Origin: Candidatus Delongbacteria bacterium
GTDB taxonomy: Bacteria; CAIWAD01
Assembly: GCA_963663545.1 (NCBI GenBank)
Contig: OY760505.1
Coordinates: 3,040,001 to 3,104,000 of the forward strand
Direction of reading: 5' to 3'
Length of the DNA stretch: 64,000 bases
Shown: positions 9,362-22,201 of the stretch, in pieces
Numbering within the stretch: position 1 is the first letter of the stretch
Layout of the letters: each line of letters opens with the position of its first letter
The notes under the pieces: model-generated
Seen by the model: the letters and a program-made list of their open reading frames with translations, nothing else
Databases searched by the model: none
What the model was told of the DNA's origin: nothing
Translations under genes and position numbers: made by a program

Positions 9362-10357
9362 ATGAATGACACTACTGAGCACACTCAGCAGACGGTGATA
9401 CAAGGGGAGCAACTCCAGGATCTGGAAGCCCTGCGCCTTCGCATGCTGGGACGTCGTCGCACTTTCTGGCTGGTGGCTGCTGGCGTCCTGGTATGCGGCG
9501 GGTTGGCGGGACTGTTGCTGGGGCGTCTGCCGCTGATTGTTGCAGGAGTTGTTCTTGCCGCGCTGGTGGCAGTCATTGGTCAGTCGCTGTGTCACGGCGC
9601 CTACCGCAAGCGCTTCAAACAAGAATTGGTTCCGCGACTACTGGACAGCCTTGCACCGGGACTGCGCTACTCACCAACTGGGCATGTATCACTCGAAGAC
9701 TTCAAGCGCGGCTCTTTGTATCACAGCAGAGCGGACCGCTTCAGCGGAGAAGACCTCATTGAGGGCAAGATCGGTGACACACAGTTGTGCATGAGTGAAT
9801 TGCATGCCCAGGAGAAGCATGTGACACACAACGGCAAGACTACACAGGTGCGCTACGTCACTTTCTTCAAGGGCCTGTACATGATCGCCGATTTCCACAA
9901 GCACTTCAGCGGCAAGACACTAGTGCTGCCCGATTCGGCAGAGAAGCTTTTTGGCGGTCTGCTGGGGCGCACACTGCAGAAGTGGAATTTCACTCGCGAG
10001 CAGCTGGTGCAGATGGAAGACCCCGAGTTCGAACGAGAATTCGTGGTGTACTCCACCGACCAGGTGGAGAGTCGCTATCTGCTGTCAACGGCCATGCTGC
10101 GGCGCATTCTGGAGCTCAAGCAGCGCAGCGGCTGCACACTGCTGCTCTCCTTTGTCGACAGCGAAGTCCATGTAGCTCTGCACGGTCGCCCGGACATGCT
10201 GGAACCCGGTTTGGGCGACAGCCTGATCGGCAGCAAAGGCGTCGAGCGTTTCCTGGGTGAGTTGCGCGAATGCCTGGGATTGGTAGATGCCCTCCACCTG
10301 AACACACGCATCTGGAGCAAGGCGCCGGGATCAGCAGTTCCAGGTGGTCAAGTGTAA
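9362..10357 (+). CDS. DUF3137-family membrane protein, copy 2
   Basis: Same motifs as copy 1 (FKGLYMIADFHK, EDPEFEREFVVY, LNTRIWSK). Confidence 0.8.
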   Translation: MNDTTEHTQQTVIQGEQLQDLEALRLRMLGRRRTFWLVAAGVLVCGGLAGLLLGRLPLIVAGVVLAALVAVIGQSLCHGAYRKRFKQELVPRLLDSLAPGLRYSPTGHVSLEDFKRGSLYHSRADRFSGEDLIEGKIGDTQLCMSELHAQEKHVTHNGKTTQVRYVTFFKGLYMIADFHKHFSGKTLVLPDSAEKLFGGLLGRTLQKWNFTREQLVQMEDPEFEREFVVYSTDQVESRYLLSTAMLRRILELKQRSGCTLLLSFVDSEVHVALHGRPDMLEPGLGDSLIGSKGVERFLGELRECLGLVDALHLNTRIWSKAPGSAVPGGQV

Positions 10358-10453
10358 CACACCGTGATACACTAGCTGACGGCCCCTAACGTATAAACGA
10401 TATGAGCCCGTGAGCCAGGTGCGACAAACCGTGATACTTGAATGCTGGCTTCT

Positions 10454-11149
10454 TCAGAACCCCTTCGCAATGGCAATGGCGCTTATAATCCAGCTTCCCA
10501 GCACAAGGGCGGATGAGGTGAGGTAGAAAAGCCCGGGCTTCTCTTCCCGAATCAATACCGCAGCGCGCAATCCTTCACCCAGCCGGTAGCCCAAGGGGAA
10601 GAGGAGGGCGGAGGCGAGAGCCCACGAGAGCCCTTCGCTGCCCATGAAGGCCATGAGCCCGAAAGGTCGGTTGAAGGACATGAGATAGTTGCAGGGTGCC
10701 ACATGCATGCCCGCATAGAAGAATACGCCAGCAGCCAATAGCGCAGCTGAAGCAGCACTGGCCGCTTGCAGCAGACGGCTACGATGCAGACGCTGACCTG
10801 CCAGGACCACCGCTCCCGCCATGGCCGAACCCTCCAGCAGGACTGCCATGCAGGAGTTCGCCTCGCAAACCGGCGACACCTTGAGGATAGGGACGACGAG
10901 CAGTTTGCACAACGCCGCCAGAACAGGGATTCCCAACAGCAAGCCTGGCCGCCGCAGAGCGCCCACGGCGATGGCGATCAGCCCCAGGCCGATGCCGGTC
11001 AGAATGCCAGCCCGGAACGGCAGTGTGCTCATGCGGATCGCTCCGCTCACGAAGACTTCGGACAGGCCCCATAAGGAACCCAGGACTGCGATCAGGAGCA
11101 GCGCCTTGCCTGGTTGTATTCTCTCGCTTGCGTCGTCATGTCGGTTCAT
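10454..11149 (-). CDS. Multi-pass membrane protein, possibly a transporter substrate-binding (S-type) component
   Basis: About 7 hydrophobic helices; GSLWGLSE motif; SD CAGGAG; function is inference. Confidence 0.6.
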   Translation of the reverse strand: MNRHDDASERIQPGKALLLIAVLGSLWGLSEVFVSGAIRMSTLPFRAGILTGIGLGLIAIAVGALRRPGLLLGIPVLAALCKLLVVPILKVSPVCEANSCMAVLLEGSAMAGAVVLAGQRLHRSRLLQAASAASAALLAAGVFFYAGMHVAPCNYLMSFNRPFGLMAFMGSEGLSWALASALLFPLGYRLGEGLRAAVLIREEKPGLFYLTSSALVLGSWIISAIAIAKGF

Positions 11150-11589
11150 GAGTACTCCTGTCCGGGTCAATTATAGCTTTGAAGGCAGCAATATAGCGAA
11201 GCGGCGGACTCTTTCGCCCACGGGTTCGCGCGCTTGCCTGCAGAACAGCACTCGGACGCTAGCGCACTACAATGAGAGAACCCGGTCACTCTACCGGGGA
11301 GGCCTAGATAGGAAAGGAGCCGCAACGGGCTCGGGCAACTGCGGAGGAAAGCACAAGGAATTTTTCTTTTTCGAGAAGTTTTTGAGTGCTCGCAGCGGCT
11401 CATTTCTATATTGGACGGCTCGTTGTCCTGGAGTTGTACGTAGCTTTGTCTTCGAGATCTTCACGCCCAGTGCTGCACTCGCTTGAATCTGCGTAAAACC
11501 TCAGAAAAAGAAGCAATTGAGATGCATTTCCCCTTGCATATCTTGTGCAACACATGTATCATGGTGGTCTTGCAAATTTCGGAGGAAAC

Positions 11590-11964
11590 GTGCCGACGAT
11601 CAATCAATTGGTCCGTAAGGGTCGCGCAAAGCAGGTCGACAAGCAGAATAGCCCTGCTTTGAAGCGTTGCCCCCAGCGTCGCGGCGTCTGCACGCAGGTG
11701 CGTACAACGACCCCCAAGAAGCCGAATTCGGCGCTGCGCAAGATTGCGCGTGTGCGTCTGACAAGTGGCTTTGAGGTGACCGCCTATATTCCCGGTGAGG
11801 GGCACAACCTGCAGGAGCACAGCATTGTGCTCGTGCGTGGTGGTCGTGTGAAGGATCTGCCCGGCGTGCGCTACCACATCATTCGTGGCGCCCTGGATAC
11901 CGCTGGTGTTGATGGTCGCAACCAGGGCCGTTCGAAGTACGGTACCAAGCGACCCAAGAAGTAA
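11590..11964 (+). CDS. rpsL: 30S ribosomal protein S12
   Basis: [29 protein letters not shown] start after GGAGG. Confidence 0.99.
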   Translation: MPTINQLVRKGRAKQVDKQNSPALKRCPQRRGVCTQVRTTTPKKPNSALRKIARVRLTSGFEVTAYIPGEGHNLQEHSIVLVRGGRVKDLPGVRYHIIRGALDTAGVDGRNQGRSKYGTKRPKK

Positions 11965-11977
11965 GGACAGGTGAACG

Positions 11978-12445
11978 ATGCGCAGACGTCGTGCTCCGCA
12001 GCGGGTATTGCTGCCTGATCCCAAGTTCCATTCCAAGTTGGCGGCCCGCTTCATCAACTCGATGATGCAGGGTGGAAGTAAGTCCACCGCCGAGCGTCAG
12101 TTCTATCGTGCTATCGATCTGATCGACGCCAAGGCCGACCGCCCGGGTCTGGAAGTGTTTGAAAAGGCCGTGCGCCAGGTCGAGCCTCTGCTCGAGGTGC
12201 GCAGCCGTCGCGTGGGTGGTTCCACCTACCAGGTTCCGGTTGAGGTTCGCCCCAAGCGCAAAACCGCGCTGGCCATTCGCTGGCTGATCACCTACAGTCG
12301 TGGTCGCAGCGAGAAGACCTTTGCCGAGCGCCTTGCCGGTGAATTGATTGCCGCCTACAAGAAGGAAGGAAGCTCCTTCAAGAAGCGCGAAGACGTGCAC
12401 AAGATGGCCGAAGCCAACAAGGCTTTCGCCCACTTCCGTTGGTAG
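11978..12445 (+). CDS. rpsG: 30S ribosomal protein S7
   Basis: RRVGGSTYQVP, MAEANKAFAHFRW. Confidence 0.99.
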   Translation: MRRRRAPQRVLLPDPKFHSKLAARFINSMMQGGSKSTAERQFYRAIDLIDAKADRPGLEVFEKAVRQVEPLLEVRSRRVGGSTYQVPVEVRPKRKTALAIRWLITYSRGRSEKTFAERLAGELIAAYKKEGSSFKKREDVHKMAEANKAFAHFRW

Positions 12446-12472
12446 CGAAGGACTTCAGGTAACGGACCAGAG

Positions 12473-14560
12473 ATGAACGCCGAATTCCAGACAGTACTGT
12501 CAAAGACCCGCAACATTGGCATCATGGCTCACATCGATGCGGGTAAAACCACGACCACCGAGCGCATCCTGTATTACACAGGTAAAGTGCATCGTATGGG
12601 CGAGGTGCATGACGGCGCTGCCGTAATGGATTGGATGGAGCAGGAGCGCGAGCGTGGGATCACCATTACCTCCGCTGCTATTTCCACCCAGTGGCGCGAC
12701 CATCGCATCAACATCATTGACACTCCCGGACACGTGGATTTTACCGCCGAGGTGGAGCGCAGCCTGCGCATCCTTGATGGTGCGGTCGCGCTGTTCTGCG
12801 CTGTCGGTGGTGTTGAGCCTCAGTCCGAGACGGTGTGGCGCCAGGCTGACAAGTATATGGTGCCGCGCATTGCCTTCGTTAACAAAATGGACCGTACCGG
12901 CGCCGACTTCTACGCTGTGCTGGACGCCATGCGCAATCGTCTGGGAGCGAATCCGCTTGCGGTGCAGATTCCCATCGGTGCAGGCGACCTGTTCACCGGC
13001 CTCATCGACCTTGTGACGATGAAGGCGGTGCTCTACAACGAGAAGTCGCTGGGTTCGCTCTTTGAGGAAACCGAGATTCCTGCGGATATGCAGGCTCAGG
13101 CTCACGAATACCGCGAGAAAATGCTCGAGGCGATTTCGGATTACGACGATCGTCTGATGGAGCTTTTCCTCGAGGGTGAGCACATTCCTGAAGAGGAAAT
13201 CCGCGAAGCCCTGCGTAAGGCGGCGCTGAATCTTTCCATTGTGCCCGTTCTGTGCGGCAGTGCGTTCAAGAACAAGGGTGTGCAGCGTCTGATGGATGCC
13301 ATCACCTACTACCTTCCCAGTCCGCTTGATGTGGGAGCCGTTACAGGCCGGCATCCACGCACGGACGAGGAAGTTGTACGCAACTGTGATCCCGATGAGC
13401 CCTTTGCGGCCCTGGCTTTCAAGATCCAGACCGATCCATACGTGGGTCGTCTGACCTATTTCCGTGTGTACTCCGGTAAGGTGTCCACGGGCGATCAGGT
13501 CTTGAATGTGGCCACGGGCAACAAGGAACGCATGGGTCGCCTGCTGCAGATGTCTGCCAACAAGCGTGAAGACATCGAGACCGTTTCGGCCGGTGATATT
13601 GCCGCTGTAATCGGTCTCAAGAAGGTGCGCACCGGTGATACACTGACCCGTGTCGACAAGCCCGTCGTGCTGGAGCAGATCACCTTCCCTGAGCCTGTGA
13701 TCGCCATTGCAATTGAACCCAAGACGAAGGCGGACCAGGAGCGTCTGGACGATGCTCTCGAGAAGCTGGCGGAAGAGGATCCGACTTTCCAGATCAAGAA
13801 CGATCAGGAAACCGGTCAGCTGCAGATCTCCGGAATGGGTGAGCTGCATCTGGAAATTCTCATTGACCGCATGCGCAAGGAGTTCAAGGTTGATGCCAAC
13901 GTCGGTCGGCCAATGGTGAGCTATCGCGAAACGATTACCAAGGTCGTTGAAGTGGATCACCGCTTCTCGCGCCAGTCCGGCGGTCGTGGTCAGTTCGCGC
14001 AAGTGAAAATTCGTCTCGAACCGGCGGAAACCGGTGCGGGATTTGTGTTTGAGAACAAAATCGTTGGTGGCGCCATTCCCAAGGAATTCGTTAACCCGAC
14101 TTCCAACGGAATCAAGGAGGCCATGAGGACGGGAGTCCTCGCCGGTTACCCTGTGGAGGATGTAAAAGTCACCTTGCTGGATGGCCAATTTCATGAGGTC
14201 GATTCCAGTGAGCTCGCCTTCAAGATAGCCGGATCTATGGCCTTCCGGGAGGCAGCTGGAAAAGCTGCCCCTGTCCTCCTGGAACCAATTATGCGCGTCG
14301 AGGTGGTCGTCCCGGACGACTACATGGGTGACGTAATGGGTAATCTCAACGCTCGTCGTGGTCGCATTAGCGGCATCGACCCGCGCCGTGATGCTCAAGT
14401 GATACGCGCTAACGTTCCACTAGCCGAGATGTTCGGCTATGCCACAGTACTGCGTTCCATTACACAGGGGAGAGCCGTGTTCAACATGGAATTCTCCCAC
14501 TATCGAGAGGTGCCTGAAAAGCAGGCCGTCGAGCTTTTGAAGCACGTCGGTCGGCGTTAG
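12473..14560 (+). CDS. fusA: Elongation factor G
   Basis: [29 protein letters not shown]. Confidence 0.99.
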   Translation: MNAEFQTVLSKTRNIGIMAHIDAGKTTTTERILYYTGKVHRMGEVHDGAAVMDWMEQERERGITITSAAISTQWRDHRINIIDTPGHVDFTAEVERSLRILDGAVALFCAVGGVEPQSETVWRQADKYMVPRIAFVNKMDRTGADFYAVLDAMRNRLGANPLAVQIPIGAGDLFTGLIDLVTMKAVLYNEKSLGSLFEETEIPADMQAQAHEYREKMLEAISDYDDRLMELFLEGEHIPEEEIREALRKAALNLSIVPVLCGSAFKNKGVQRLMDAITYYLPSPLDVGAVTGRHPRTDEEVVRNCDPDEPFAALAFKIQTDPYVGRLTYFRVYSGKVSTGDQVLNVATGNKERMGRLLQMSANKREDIETVSAGDIAAVIGLKKVRTGDTLTRVDKPVVLEQITFPEPVIAIAIEPKTKADQERLDDALEKLAEEDPTFQIKNDQETGQLQISGMGELHLEILIDRMRKEFKVDANVGRPMVSYRETITKVVEVDHRFSRQSGGRGQFAQVKIRLEPAETGAGFVFENKIVGGAIPKEFVNPTSNGIKEAMRTGVLAGYPVEDVKVTLLDGQFHEVDSSELAFKIAGSMAFREAAGKAAPVLLEPIMRVEVVVPDDYMGDVMGNLNARRGRISGIDPRRDAQVIRANVPLAEMFGYATVLRSITQGRAVFNMEFSHYREVPEKQAVELLKHVGRR

Positions 14561-14724
14561 GGCCCTGTCCTACATTTTGTCAGATAGAGAGTTGGCGGCC
14601 TGTGTCGTCGACCATAAGAAACCGTGACGTATCACGCGTGTGATACGTACCCGGCACGGTATCCGACACAGGATGCTGCCTGTCGCGGTTGAAAACCTGT
14701 GCCAATAGCTGATGGAGTAATCCA

Positions 14725-15918
<1,194 letters not shown>

Positions 15919-15940
15919 CTAAAAGCAGGAGAGCCCGATC

Positions 15941-16249
15941 GTGGCGAATCCGAACATCCGCATCCGCCTTAAGGCTTACGATCACAACCTGATCGACATG
16001 TCTGCGGAGAAGATCATCAAGACCGCACGCGATTCCGGTGCCATAGTGGCCGGTCCGATTCCCCTGCCGACCCGCCGGTCCGTGGTGACGGTCAACCGCT
16101 CGCCGCACGTGGACAAAAAGAGCCGCGAGCAGTTCGAGACCCGTATACACAAGCGTCTCATTGACATTCTCAATGCGACCAATAAGACCATCGACGCCCT
16201 GATGAAGCTTGAGCTTCCCGCCGGTGTTGATATCGAGATCAAGTCCTAA
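15941..16249 (+). CDS. rpsJ: 30S ribosomal protein S10
   Basis: [23 protein letters not shown]. Confidence 0.99.
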   Translation: MANPNIRIRLKAYDHNLIDMSAEKIIKTARDSGAIVAGPIPLPTRRSVVTVNRSPHVDKKSREQFETRIHKRLIDILNATNKTIDALMKLELPAGVDIEIKS

Positions 16250-16264
16250 GAGGAGCCCATATAG

Positions 16265-16882
16265 ATGAGCGCCATTCTCGGACGCAAACTCGGGATGACT
16301 TCGATCTTTGATGAGAATGGAAATTCCATTCCTGTCACCGTGATCGAGGCCGGTCCCTGCTATATCACCCAGATCAAGACCACCGAGAAGGATGGTTACG
16401 AGGCGGTGCAGTTGGGCTTCCAGGAGACCAAACCGCGCCGCTTGAACCGCCCTGAGACGGGTCATCTGAAGAAGGCTGGCGTCAAGCCTGTTCGTCACCT
16501 GCGCGAGTTTCGCGGTGCCAAGTACGAAGAAGTCACCCTTGGCGGAGAGGTTAACTGCTCCGTGTTCAAGGTGGGCGATCGTGTTGACATCGCTGGAACA
16601 TCCAAGGGTCGCGGCTTCACTGGTGTGATGAAGCGTCATGGTTTCCACGGCTTCAAGGCCACGCACGGTGTGCACGAATCCTATCGCGGACCCGGTTCCG
16701 TGGGTGCCGCCTCCGATCCTTCCCGTACCTTCAAGAACTGGCGCATGGCCGGGCATCATGGCGACAGCCGTGTGACCGTGTACAATCTGCGCATCGTTCA
16801 GGTGGATGCGGAGAAGAACCTGATTCTGGTCAAGGGCGCGGTCCCCGGGGCCCGCAACGGCCTGCTGGAAATCCGCAAGTAG
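16265..16882 (+). CDS. rplC: 50S ribosomal protein L3
   Basis: GRKLGMT, PVTVIEAG, DGYEAVQ, KGAVPG. Confidence 0.99.
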   Translation: MSAILGRKLGMTSIFDENGNSIPVTVIEAGPCYITQIKTTEKDGYEAVQLGFQETKPRRLNRPETGHLKKAGVKPVRHLREFRGAKYEEVTLGGEVNCSVFKVGDRVDIAGTSKGRGFTGVMKRHGFHGFKATHGVHESYRGPGSVGAASDPSRTFKNWRMAGHHGDSRVTVYNLRIVQVDAEKNLILVKGAVPGARNGLLEIRK

Positions 16883-16891
16883 AGGTAAACG

Positions 16892-17524
16892 ATGGAACTG
16901 AAAGTCCACAAGATTGACGGCACTGCCACGGCCGAGACCGTCAACCTGCCCGACGAGCTGTTCAATATCGAGCAGCCCAACGAGCATGCCATCTACCTGG
17001 CGGTGGTCTCAGAGGAAACTGCCAAGCGTCAGGGTACGCACATGGCCCGCACTCGCGGCCTGGTATCCGGCGGTGGCAGGAAGCCCTTCCGCCAGAAAGG
17101 TACCGGCAACGCTCGTCAGGGCACCATCCGCGCTCCGCAGTACCGCGGTGGCGGTCGTGTCTTCGGGCCGGAACCCCGTGATTACGAGAAGAAGATCAAT
17201 CGCAAGGTCAAGGTGTTGGCCCGCAAGAGCGCATTCACTCTTCGTGCCCGTGAGCAGAAGGTGATCGTGGTCGAGGATTTCGCCTTTGAAACTCCGCGTA
17301 CCCGCGAGATGACGCGCTTCCTGAAAGCCTTCCAGTTGGACGGTCACCGCGTGCTGATTCTGACCTCCGATCTGGACAAGAATCTGCACCTGTCTGCGCG
17401 CAACATCTATAAGCTGGATCTGAAGCCCTATGATCAGCCCAGCGTGCGTGACATTGTCCGCAGCGAAGTTGTGATTCTGCAGAAGAGTGCAGTGGCCAAG
17501 CTGAAGGAGGTGTACGGTGGCTGA
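16892..17524 (+). CDS. rplD: 50S ribosomal protein L4
   Basis: KPFRQKGTGNARQG, GGGRVFGP. Confidence 0.99.
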   Translation: MELKVHKIDGTATAETVNLPDELFNIEQPNEHAIYLAVVSEETAKRQGTHMARTRGLVSGGGRKPFRQKGTGNARQGTIRAPQYRGGGRVFGPEPRDYEKKINRKVKVLARKSAFTLRAREQKVIVVEDFAFETPRTREMTRFLKAFQLDGHRVLILTSDLDKNLHLSARNIYKLDLKPYDQPSVRDIVRSEVVILQKSAVAKLKEVYGG

Positions 17525-17801
17525 GGTAATTCTGGTCCACCCGCTCCTCACCGAGCAAATGGTAATCCTGCAGGACGAGCGGAACCAGTACGGTTTTGCC
17601 GTTGGCCGCAATGCCAACAAGATCCAGATCAAGGATGCCATTGAGAAGAAGTACGGCGTCACGGTTGAGTCTGTCCGCACTATGAATGTGTTGGGCAAGA
17701 CCAAGCGTATGGGACGCTTCGTCGGTCGGCGTGCCGCCTGGAAGAAGGCGATCATCACGCTGAAGGCCGGTGACAAGATTGAACTGGTCGCTGGACTGTA
17801 G
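17517..17801 (+). CDS. rplW: 50S ribosomal protein L23
   Basis: ANKIQIK, WKKAIITL; operon position. Confidence 0.98.
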   Translation: MAEVILVHPLLTEQMVILQDERNQYGFAVGRNANKIQIKDAIEKKYGVTVESVRTMNVLGKTKRMGRFVGRRAAWKKAIITLKAGDKIELVAGL

Positions 17802-17819
17802 CGAGAACTGGAGACAGAC

Positions 17820-18647
17820 ATGGCTCTGAAACTCTATAAGCCCAACACGCCCGGCCAGCGCTTTCGTTCCGGCTTCGCCTTCGACGAAGTAACGAAGACC
17901 GTGCCAGAGAAGGCGCTGACCAAGCCCAAGAAGCGTTCCGGTGGACGTAACAACACCGGTCGCATCACAAGTCGGCACATTGGTGGTGGGCACAAGCAGA
18001 AGTATCGTATCATCGACTTCAAGCGCAACAAGGATGGAATTCCCGCTCGCGTTGCCGCCATCGAGTACGATCCCAACCGTAATGCTCGCATCGCACTGCT
18101 GTTCTACAAGGACGGCGAGAAGCGTTACATCATCGCTCCCGACGGAGTGAAGGTGGACGACTGGCTGCAGTCCGGTACGGGTAGCGAAATTCACGTGGGC
18201 AACTGCCTCCCCCTGAAGAATATTCCCCAGGGTGAGACCGTTCACTGCATCGAGCTGAAGATCGGCAAGGGCGCGCAGATGTGCCGTGGTGCCGGTACTG
18301 GCGCGACGGTGATGGCCAAGGACGGTGATTACGTCCTGCTGCGCCTGCCTTCCGGTGAGTTGCGCAAGGTGCACGAGCGTTGCCGTGCGACCATTGGTCG
18401 TGTGGGTAACTCTGATTTCATGAACATCAATTCGGGCAAGGCCGGTCGCAGCCGCTGGTTGGGCAAGCGTCCTCACGTTCGCGGCGTGGCCATGAACCCG
18501 GTGGATCACCCGATGGGTGGTGGTGAAGGCCGCAGTAGTGGTGGTCGTCACCCGTGTAGCCCCTGGGGCCAGCCGTCCAAGGGTTACAAGACCCGCAAGA
18601 AGAGCAAGGCCTCGGATAAGTACATCGTCCGTCGCCGGACCAAGTAA
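17820..18647 (+). CDS. rplB: 50S ribosomal protein L2
   Basis: [24 protein letters not shown]. Confidence 0.99.
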   Translation: MALKLYKPNTPGQRFRSGFAFDEVTKTVPEKALTKPKKRSGGRNNTGRITSRHIGGGHKQKYRIIDFKRNKDGIPARVAAIEYDPNRNARIALLFYKDGEKRYIIAPDGVKVDDWLQSGTGSEIHVGNCLPLKNIPQGETVHCIELKIGKGAQMCRGAGTGATVMAKDGDYVLLRLPSGELRKVHERCRATIGRVGNSDFMNINSGKAGRSRWLGKRPHVRGVAMNPVDHPMGGGEGRSSGGRHPCSPWGQPSKGYKTRKKSKASDKYIVRRRTK

Positions 18648-18659
18648 GCGGAGCTGATC

Positions 18660-18944
18660 ATGCCGAGATCAATTAAAAAAGGCCCCTTTGTGGATGAGCA
18701 CCTTGTAAGGAAGGTGGACGCCATGAAGGATGCTCGTGACAAGAAGGTCATTCAGACCTGGAGTCGGCGTTCGATCATTACGCCGGATTTCATTGGCCTG
18801 ACCTTCGCCGTGCACAACGGGAAGAAGTTCATCCCTGTGTACGTTTCTGATAATATGGTTGGGCACAAGCTGGGTGAGTTCGCCCCCACCCGGACCTATT
18901 TCGGCCACAAGGACAAAAAGGGCGACAAAAAAGCCAAGCGCTAG
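18660..18944 (+). CDS. rpsS: 30S ribosomal protein S19
   Basis: [21 protein letters not shown]. Confidence 0.99.
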   Translation: MPRSIKKGPFVDEHLVRKVDAMKDARDKKVIQTWSRRSIITPDFIGLTFAVHNGKKFIPVYVSDNMVGHKLGEFAPTRTYFGHKDKKGDKKAKR

Positions 18945-18947
18945 GGA

Positions 18948-19322
18948 ATGAGCATGGAAGCGAGAGCGATAAGCCGCAACGTGCGGATTTCTCCGAGGAA
19001 GATGCGCCTGGTTGCCGACCTTGTGCGGGGCATGAAGGTCAACGACGCGCTGGTTCAGCTGCAATTCAATCCGAAGCGCGCTGCCACTCCCGTCTCAAAG
19101 GCGGTTAAGTCAGCGGTCGCGAACTTCAAGCAGCAGGATGGTTCGGCCCAGGTGAACATCGATGAGTTGGTGATCCGTAAGATTTGGGTGGACGAGGGCC
19201 CCACAGCCCGCCGGTTCCTTCCCCGCGCAATGGGTCGTGCCACGGTGATCCGCAAGCGTTCCAGTCACCTTACGGTGGTGGTCGGAGATCCGGCGGCACT
19301 CAAGAGCGGGACGGAGGAATAA
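18948..19322 (+). CDS. rplV: 50S ribosomal protein L22
   Basis: SPRKMRLVADLVRG, PRAMGRA. Confidence 0.98.
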   Translation: MSMEARAISRNVRISPRKMRLVADLVRGMKVNDALVQLQFNPKRAATPVSKAVKSAVANFKQQDGSAQVNIDELVIRKIWVDEGPTARRFLPRAMGRATVIRKRSSHLTVVVGDPAALKSGTEE

Positions 19323-20026
19323 TGGGTCAGAAAACACATCCCATCGGATTGCGCCTCGGAATCAATCGAACCTGGAGTTCGAACTGGTTTGACGAGAGCA
19401 ATTTTGCCGACAAGCTGATTCAGGATGTCGAGATCCGTAAGTACATCCTCAGCCGCAAGGCCTATCAGAATGCCGGCATTGCCCGCATCGACATCGAGCG
19501 CCAGTCGCAGAATGTCGTGCTGACTCTGCACACCGCCCGACCGGGTATGGTAATCGGACGCAAGGGCCAGGACGTGGAGCGTCTCCGTCAGGAGCTGAAC
19601 CACAAGTTCAAGACCCAGGTGCAGGTCAACATTATTGAGATCAAGAAGCCTGAGCTGGTGGCCAAGCTGGTCGCCGACGCAGTTGCAAGGCAGCTTGAGG
19701 GTCGCGTGTCGTTCCGTCGCGCAATGAAGAAGACCCTGCAGGCCACCATGCGCAATGGCGCCGATGGCATCAAGATCATGTGCAGCGGCCGTCTGGGCGG
19801 ACATGAAATGTCCCGCACCGAGACCTATAAAGAGGGACGCATTCCTTTGCACACCCTCCGTGCCGACATCGACTACGCCCTCTCCGAGGCGCGTACCACC
19901 TATGGTGTGATCGGTGTCAAGGTCTGGATCTGCCGCGGTGAGAAATTCGGCGTGGATTACAACAAGGGTAACCGCAAGGGCCGCAGCAATCCCGCTGCTG
20001 GTCAGGGCGGTGGCCGCCGCAAGTAG
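19322..20026 (+). CDS. rpsC: 30S ribosomal protein S3
   Basis: [27 protein letters not shown] overlaps the rplV stop. Confidence 0.99.
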   Translation: MGQKTHPIGLRLGINRTWSSNWFDESNFADKLIQDVEIRKYILSRKAYQNAGIARIDIERQSQNVVLTLHTARPGMVIGRKGQDVERLRQELNHKFKTQVQVNIIEIKKPELVAKLVADAVARQLEGRVSFRRAMKKTLQATMRNGADGIKIMCSGRLGGHEMSRTETYKEGRIPLHTLRADIDYALSEARTTYGVIGVKVWICRGEKFGVDYNKGNRKGRSNPAAGQGGGRRK

Positions 20027-20037
20027 GAGATGCGAGC

Positions 20038-20448
20038 ATGTTGATGCCAAAGCGTGTCAAACGACGCAAGCAACATCGTGGCCGCATGCGGGGCTTTGCC
20101 TACCGCGGCAGCAGCGTCGACTTCGGCGAATTCGGTCTGAAGGCCATGGAGCCCGGCTGGATTACCGCCAGGCAGATTGAAGCGGCTCGTGTGGCCATGA
20201 CGCGTCACATGAAGCGTTATGGAAAGGTCTGGATCCGCATTTTCCCGGATAAGCCTGTTTCCAAGAAGCCGCTCGAAACCCGTATGGGTAAGGGTAAGGG
20301 TGCACCTGAGTTTTGGGTATCCGTGATCAAGCCTGGTCGCGTGATGTTCGAGATCGAGGGTGTGTCCCGAGATGTCGCCCGGGAGGCGCTGCGTCTGGCC
20401 AGCCACAAGCTGCCGATCGCCACCCGATTTGTCGAGCGCCAGGACTAG
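20038..20448 (+). CDS. rplP: 50S ribosomal protein L16
   Basis: [15 protein letters not shown]. Confidence 0.99.
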   Translation: MLMPKRVKRRKQHRGRMRGFAYRGSSVDFGEFGLKAMEPGWITARQIEAARVAMTRHMKRYGKVWIRIFPDKPVSKKPLETRMGKGKGAPEFWVSVIKPGRVMFEIEGVSRDVAREALRLASHKLPIATRFVERQD

Positions 20449-20458
20449 GAGGCTCACG

Positions 20459-20665
20459 ATGAGGACGACTGACATTCGTCAGATGACAGCAGACGATCTG
20501 CGCGGCCGTTTGAACGAGGCCGAGCGGGAGTTGGAAGGACTGCACTTTCAGCAGGCCACTGCCCAGTTGGACAACCCGCTCCAGATTCGTCAGCTCAAGA
20601 AGGATATCGCCCGGCTGCGCACTGTGTTGCGTGAGATGGAGCTGGGGATCACCCGGGAAAAGTAG
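20459..20665 (+). CDS. rpmC: 50S ribosomal protein L29
   Basis: QLDNPLQIRQLKKDIARLRT; SD AGGAGG. Confidence 0.97.
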   Translation: MRTTDIRQMTADDLRGRLNEAERELEGLHFQQATAQLDNPLQIRQLKKDIARLRTVLREMELGITREK

Positions 20666-20674
20666 GAGCTACAA

Positions 20675-20932
20675 ATGTCCGAGCGTGGTTTCCGCAAGGT
20701 TCGTATCGGCCGGGTAACGTCCGAGAGCATGGACAAGAGCATTACGGTGGCCGTGGTGCGTAAGGTTAAGCACCCCATCTACCAGAAGTATTTCCAGAGC
20801 ACCAAGAAGTACATGGCTCATGACGAAACGAATGAGGCTCATGTCGGTGATCTGGTAAGCATTATGGAATGCCGCCCGATCAGCAAGCGCAAGCGCTGGC
20901 GCTTGACTGAAATCATTGAGCGCGCGAAATAA
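20675..20932 (+). CDS. rpsQ: 30S ribosomal protein S17
   Basis: [20 protein letters not shown]. Confidence 0.99.
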   Translation: MSERGFRKVRIGRVTSESMDKSITVAVVRKVKHPIYQKYFQSTKKYMAHDETNEAHVGDLVSIMECRPISKRKRWRLTEIIERAK

Positions 20933-20950
20933 GCGGGAGAAAGGCACACC

Positions 20951-21319
20951 ATGATACAGGAAGAAACCCTGCTCAACGTGGCCGATAACACCGGCGCCAA
21001 GGTGCTGAAGTGCTTCCGCATCCTCGGCGGCAGCCGTCGTCGCTATGCCAGCGTCGGCGACATTGTAGTGGCCAGCGTCAAGAAGGCCATTCCCGCCAGC
21101 CCGGTGAAGAAGGGCACGGTTGTGCGTGCGGTCATCGTACGTACGGCCAAGGAGTATCGTCGTGCAGACGGATCCTATATCCGTTTCGATGACAACGCGG
21201 CGGTGATCATTGACGATCGCAAGGAGCCGAAGGGCACTCGCATTTTCGGGCCGGTGGCTCGTGAGCTGCGTGACCGTCGCTTCATGAAGATCGTCTCGCT
21301 GGCCCCGGAGGTGCTGTGA
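20951..21319 (+). CDS. rplN: 50S ribosomal protein L14
   Basis: [20 protein letters not shown]. Confidence 0.99.
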   Translation: MIQEETLLNVADNTGAKVLKCFRILGGSRRRYASVGDIVVASVKKAIPASPVKKGTVVRAVIVRTAKEYRRADGSYIRFDDNAAVIIDDRKEPKGTRIFGPVARELRDRRFMKIVSLAPEVL

Positions 21320-21627
21320 TGCGGTTGAAGAAAGGTGACAAAGTCGTGGTCCTGTCCGGTGAGGACAAGGGTAAGCAGGGCGAGATTAAGCGCGTGCTTA
21401 CCGACAAGGATCGCGTAATCGTCGAGGGTGTGAATCTGATCAAGCGCCACCTGAAGCCAGGTGGAGCCAATCAGGTTGGTGGCATCATCGAGAAGGAAGC
21501 TCCGATTCACGTCTCCAAGGTGGCGTTTGTCGATCCTTCCACCGGCAAGAAGTCGAAGCTGGGCGTCCGCGAGCTGGAAGACGGCAAGCGCGTACGCTAC
21601 TCGAAGAGCAGTAACGAACTCGTGTAG
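21319..21627 (+). CDS. rplX: 50S ribosomal protein L24
   Basis: [25 protein letters not shown]. Confidence 0.98.
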   Translation: MRLKKGDKVVVLSGEDKGKQGEIKRVLTDKDRVIVEGVNLIKRHLKPGGANQVGGIIEKEAPIHVSKVAFVDPSTGKKSKLGVRELEDGKRVRYSKSSNELV

Positions 21628-21636
21628 GATAGACTG

Positions 21637-22194
21637 ATGAGTCAAACTCCGCGACTGAAGCAGTACTACGATGAGACCGTGCGCCAGCGCCTGATGGAGC
21701 GCTTCGGATACAAGAATCCGATGCAGCTTCCTCGCCTGGTCAAGATCGTGCTCAACGTGGGAATCGGTGACGGCAAGGACAATCCACGCGCCCTCGAGGC
21801 AGCCGTGGAGGAAATTGGCCAGATCACCGGGCGCAAGGCCGTTATCAACAAGGCCCGTCGCTCAATCTCCAACTTCAAGCTGCGCGAAGGCATGCCGGTT
21901 GGTGCCAGCGTGACCCTGCGCCGCGAAGTAATGTGGGAGTTCCTCGATCGATTCATTTCGGTCGCCACTCCCCGTATCCGCGACTTCCGTGGAATCAGCG
22001 ACAAGTCCTTTGATGGCCGTGGTAATTACAACTGCGGTGTCAAGGAACAGGTTGTGTTCCCGGAAATCGAATACGACAAGGTAGAGCGTGTTCATGGAAT
22101 GGATATCGCATTCGTGACCACGGCGAACACGGACGAAGAGTGCAAGGCGCTGCTCGCTGAGCTGGGCATGCCCTTCGTCAAGAGGAACCAGTGA
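21637..22194 (+). CDS. rplE: 50S ribosomal protein L5
   Basis: [20 protein letters not shown]. Confidence 0.99.
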   Translation: MSQTPRLKQYYDETVRQRLMERFGYKNPMQLPRLVKIVLNVGIGDGKDNPRALEAAVEEIGQITGRKAVINKARRSISNFKLREGMPVGASVTLRREVMWEFLDRFISVATPRIRDFRGISDKSFDGRGNYNCGVKEQVVFPEIEYDKVERVHGMDIAFVTTANTDEECKALLAELGMPFVKRNQ

Positions 22195-22201
22195 GGTAGT
22201 C

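Noticed and set aside
11150..11589. Cobalamin or other riboswitch upstream of the minus-strand membrane protein
   Set aside because: I could not find B12-box or other known riboswitch consensus elements; the region looks like a divergent promoter region
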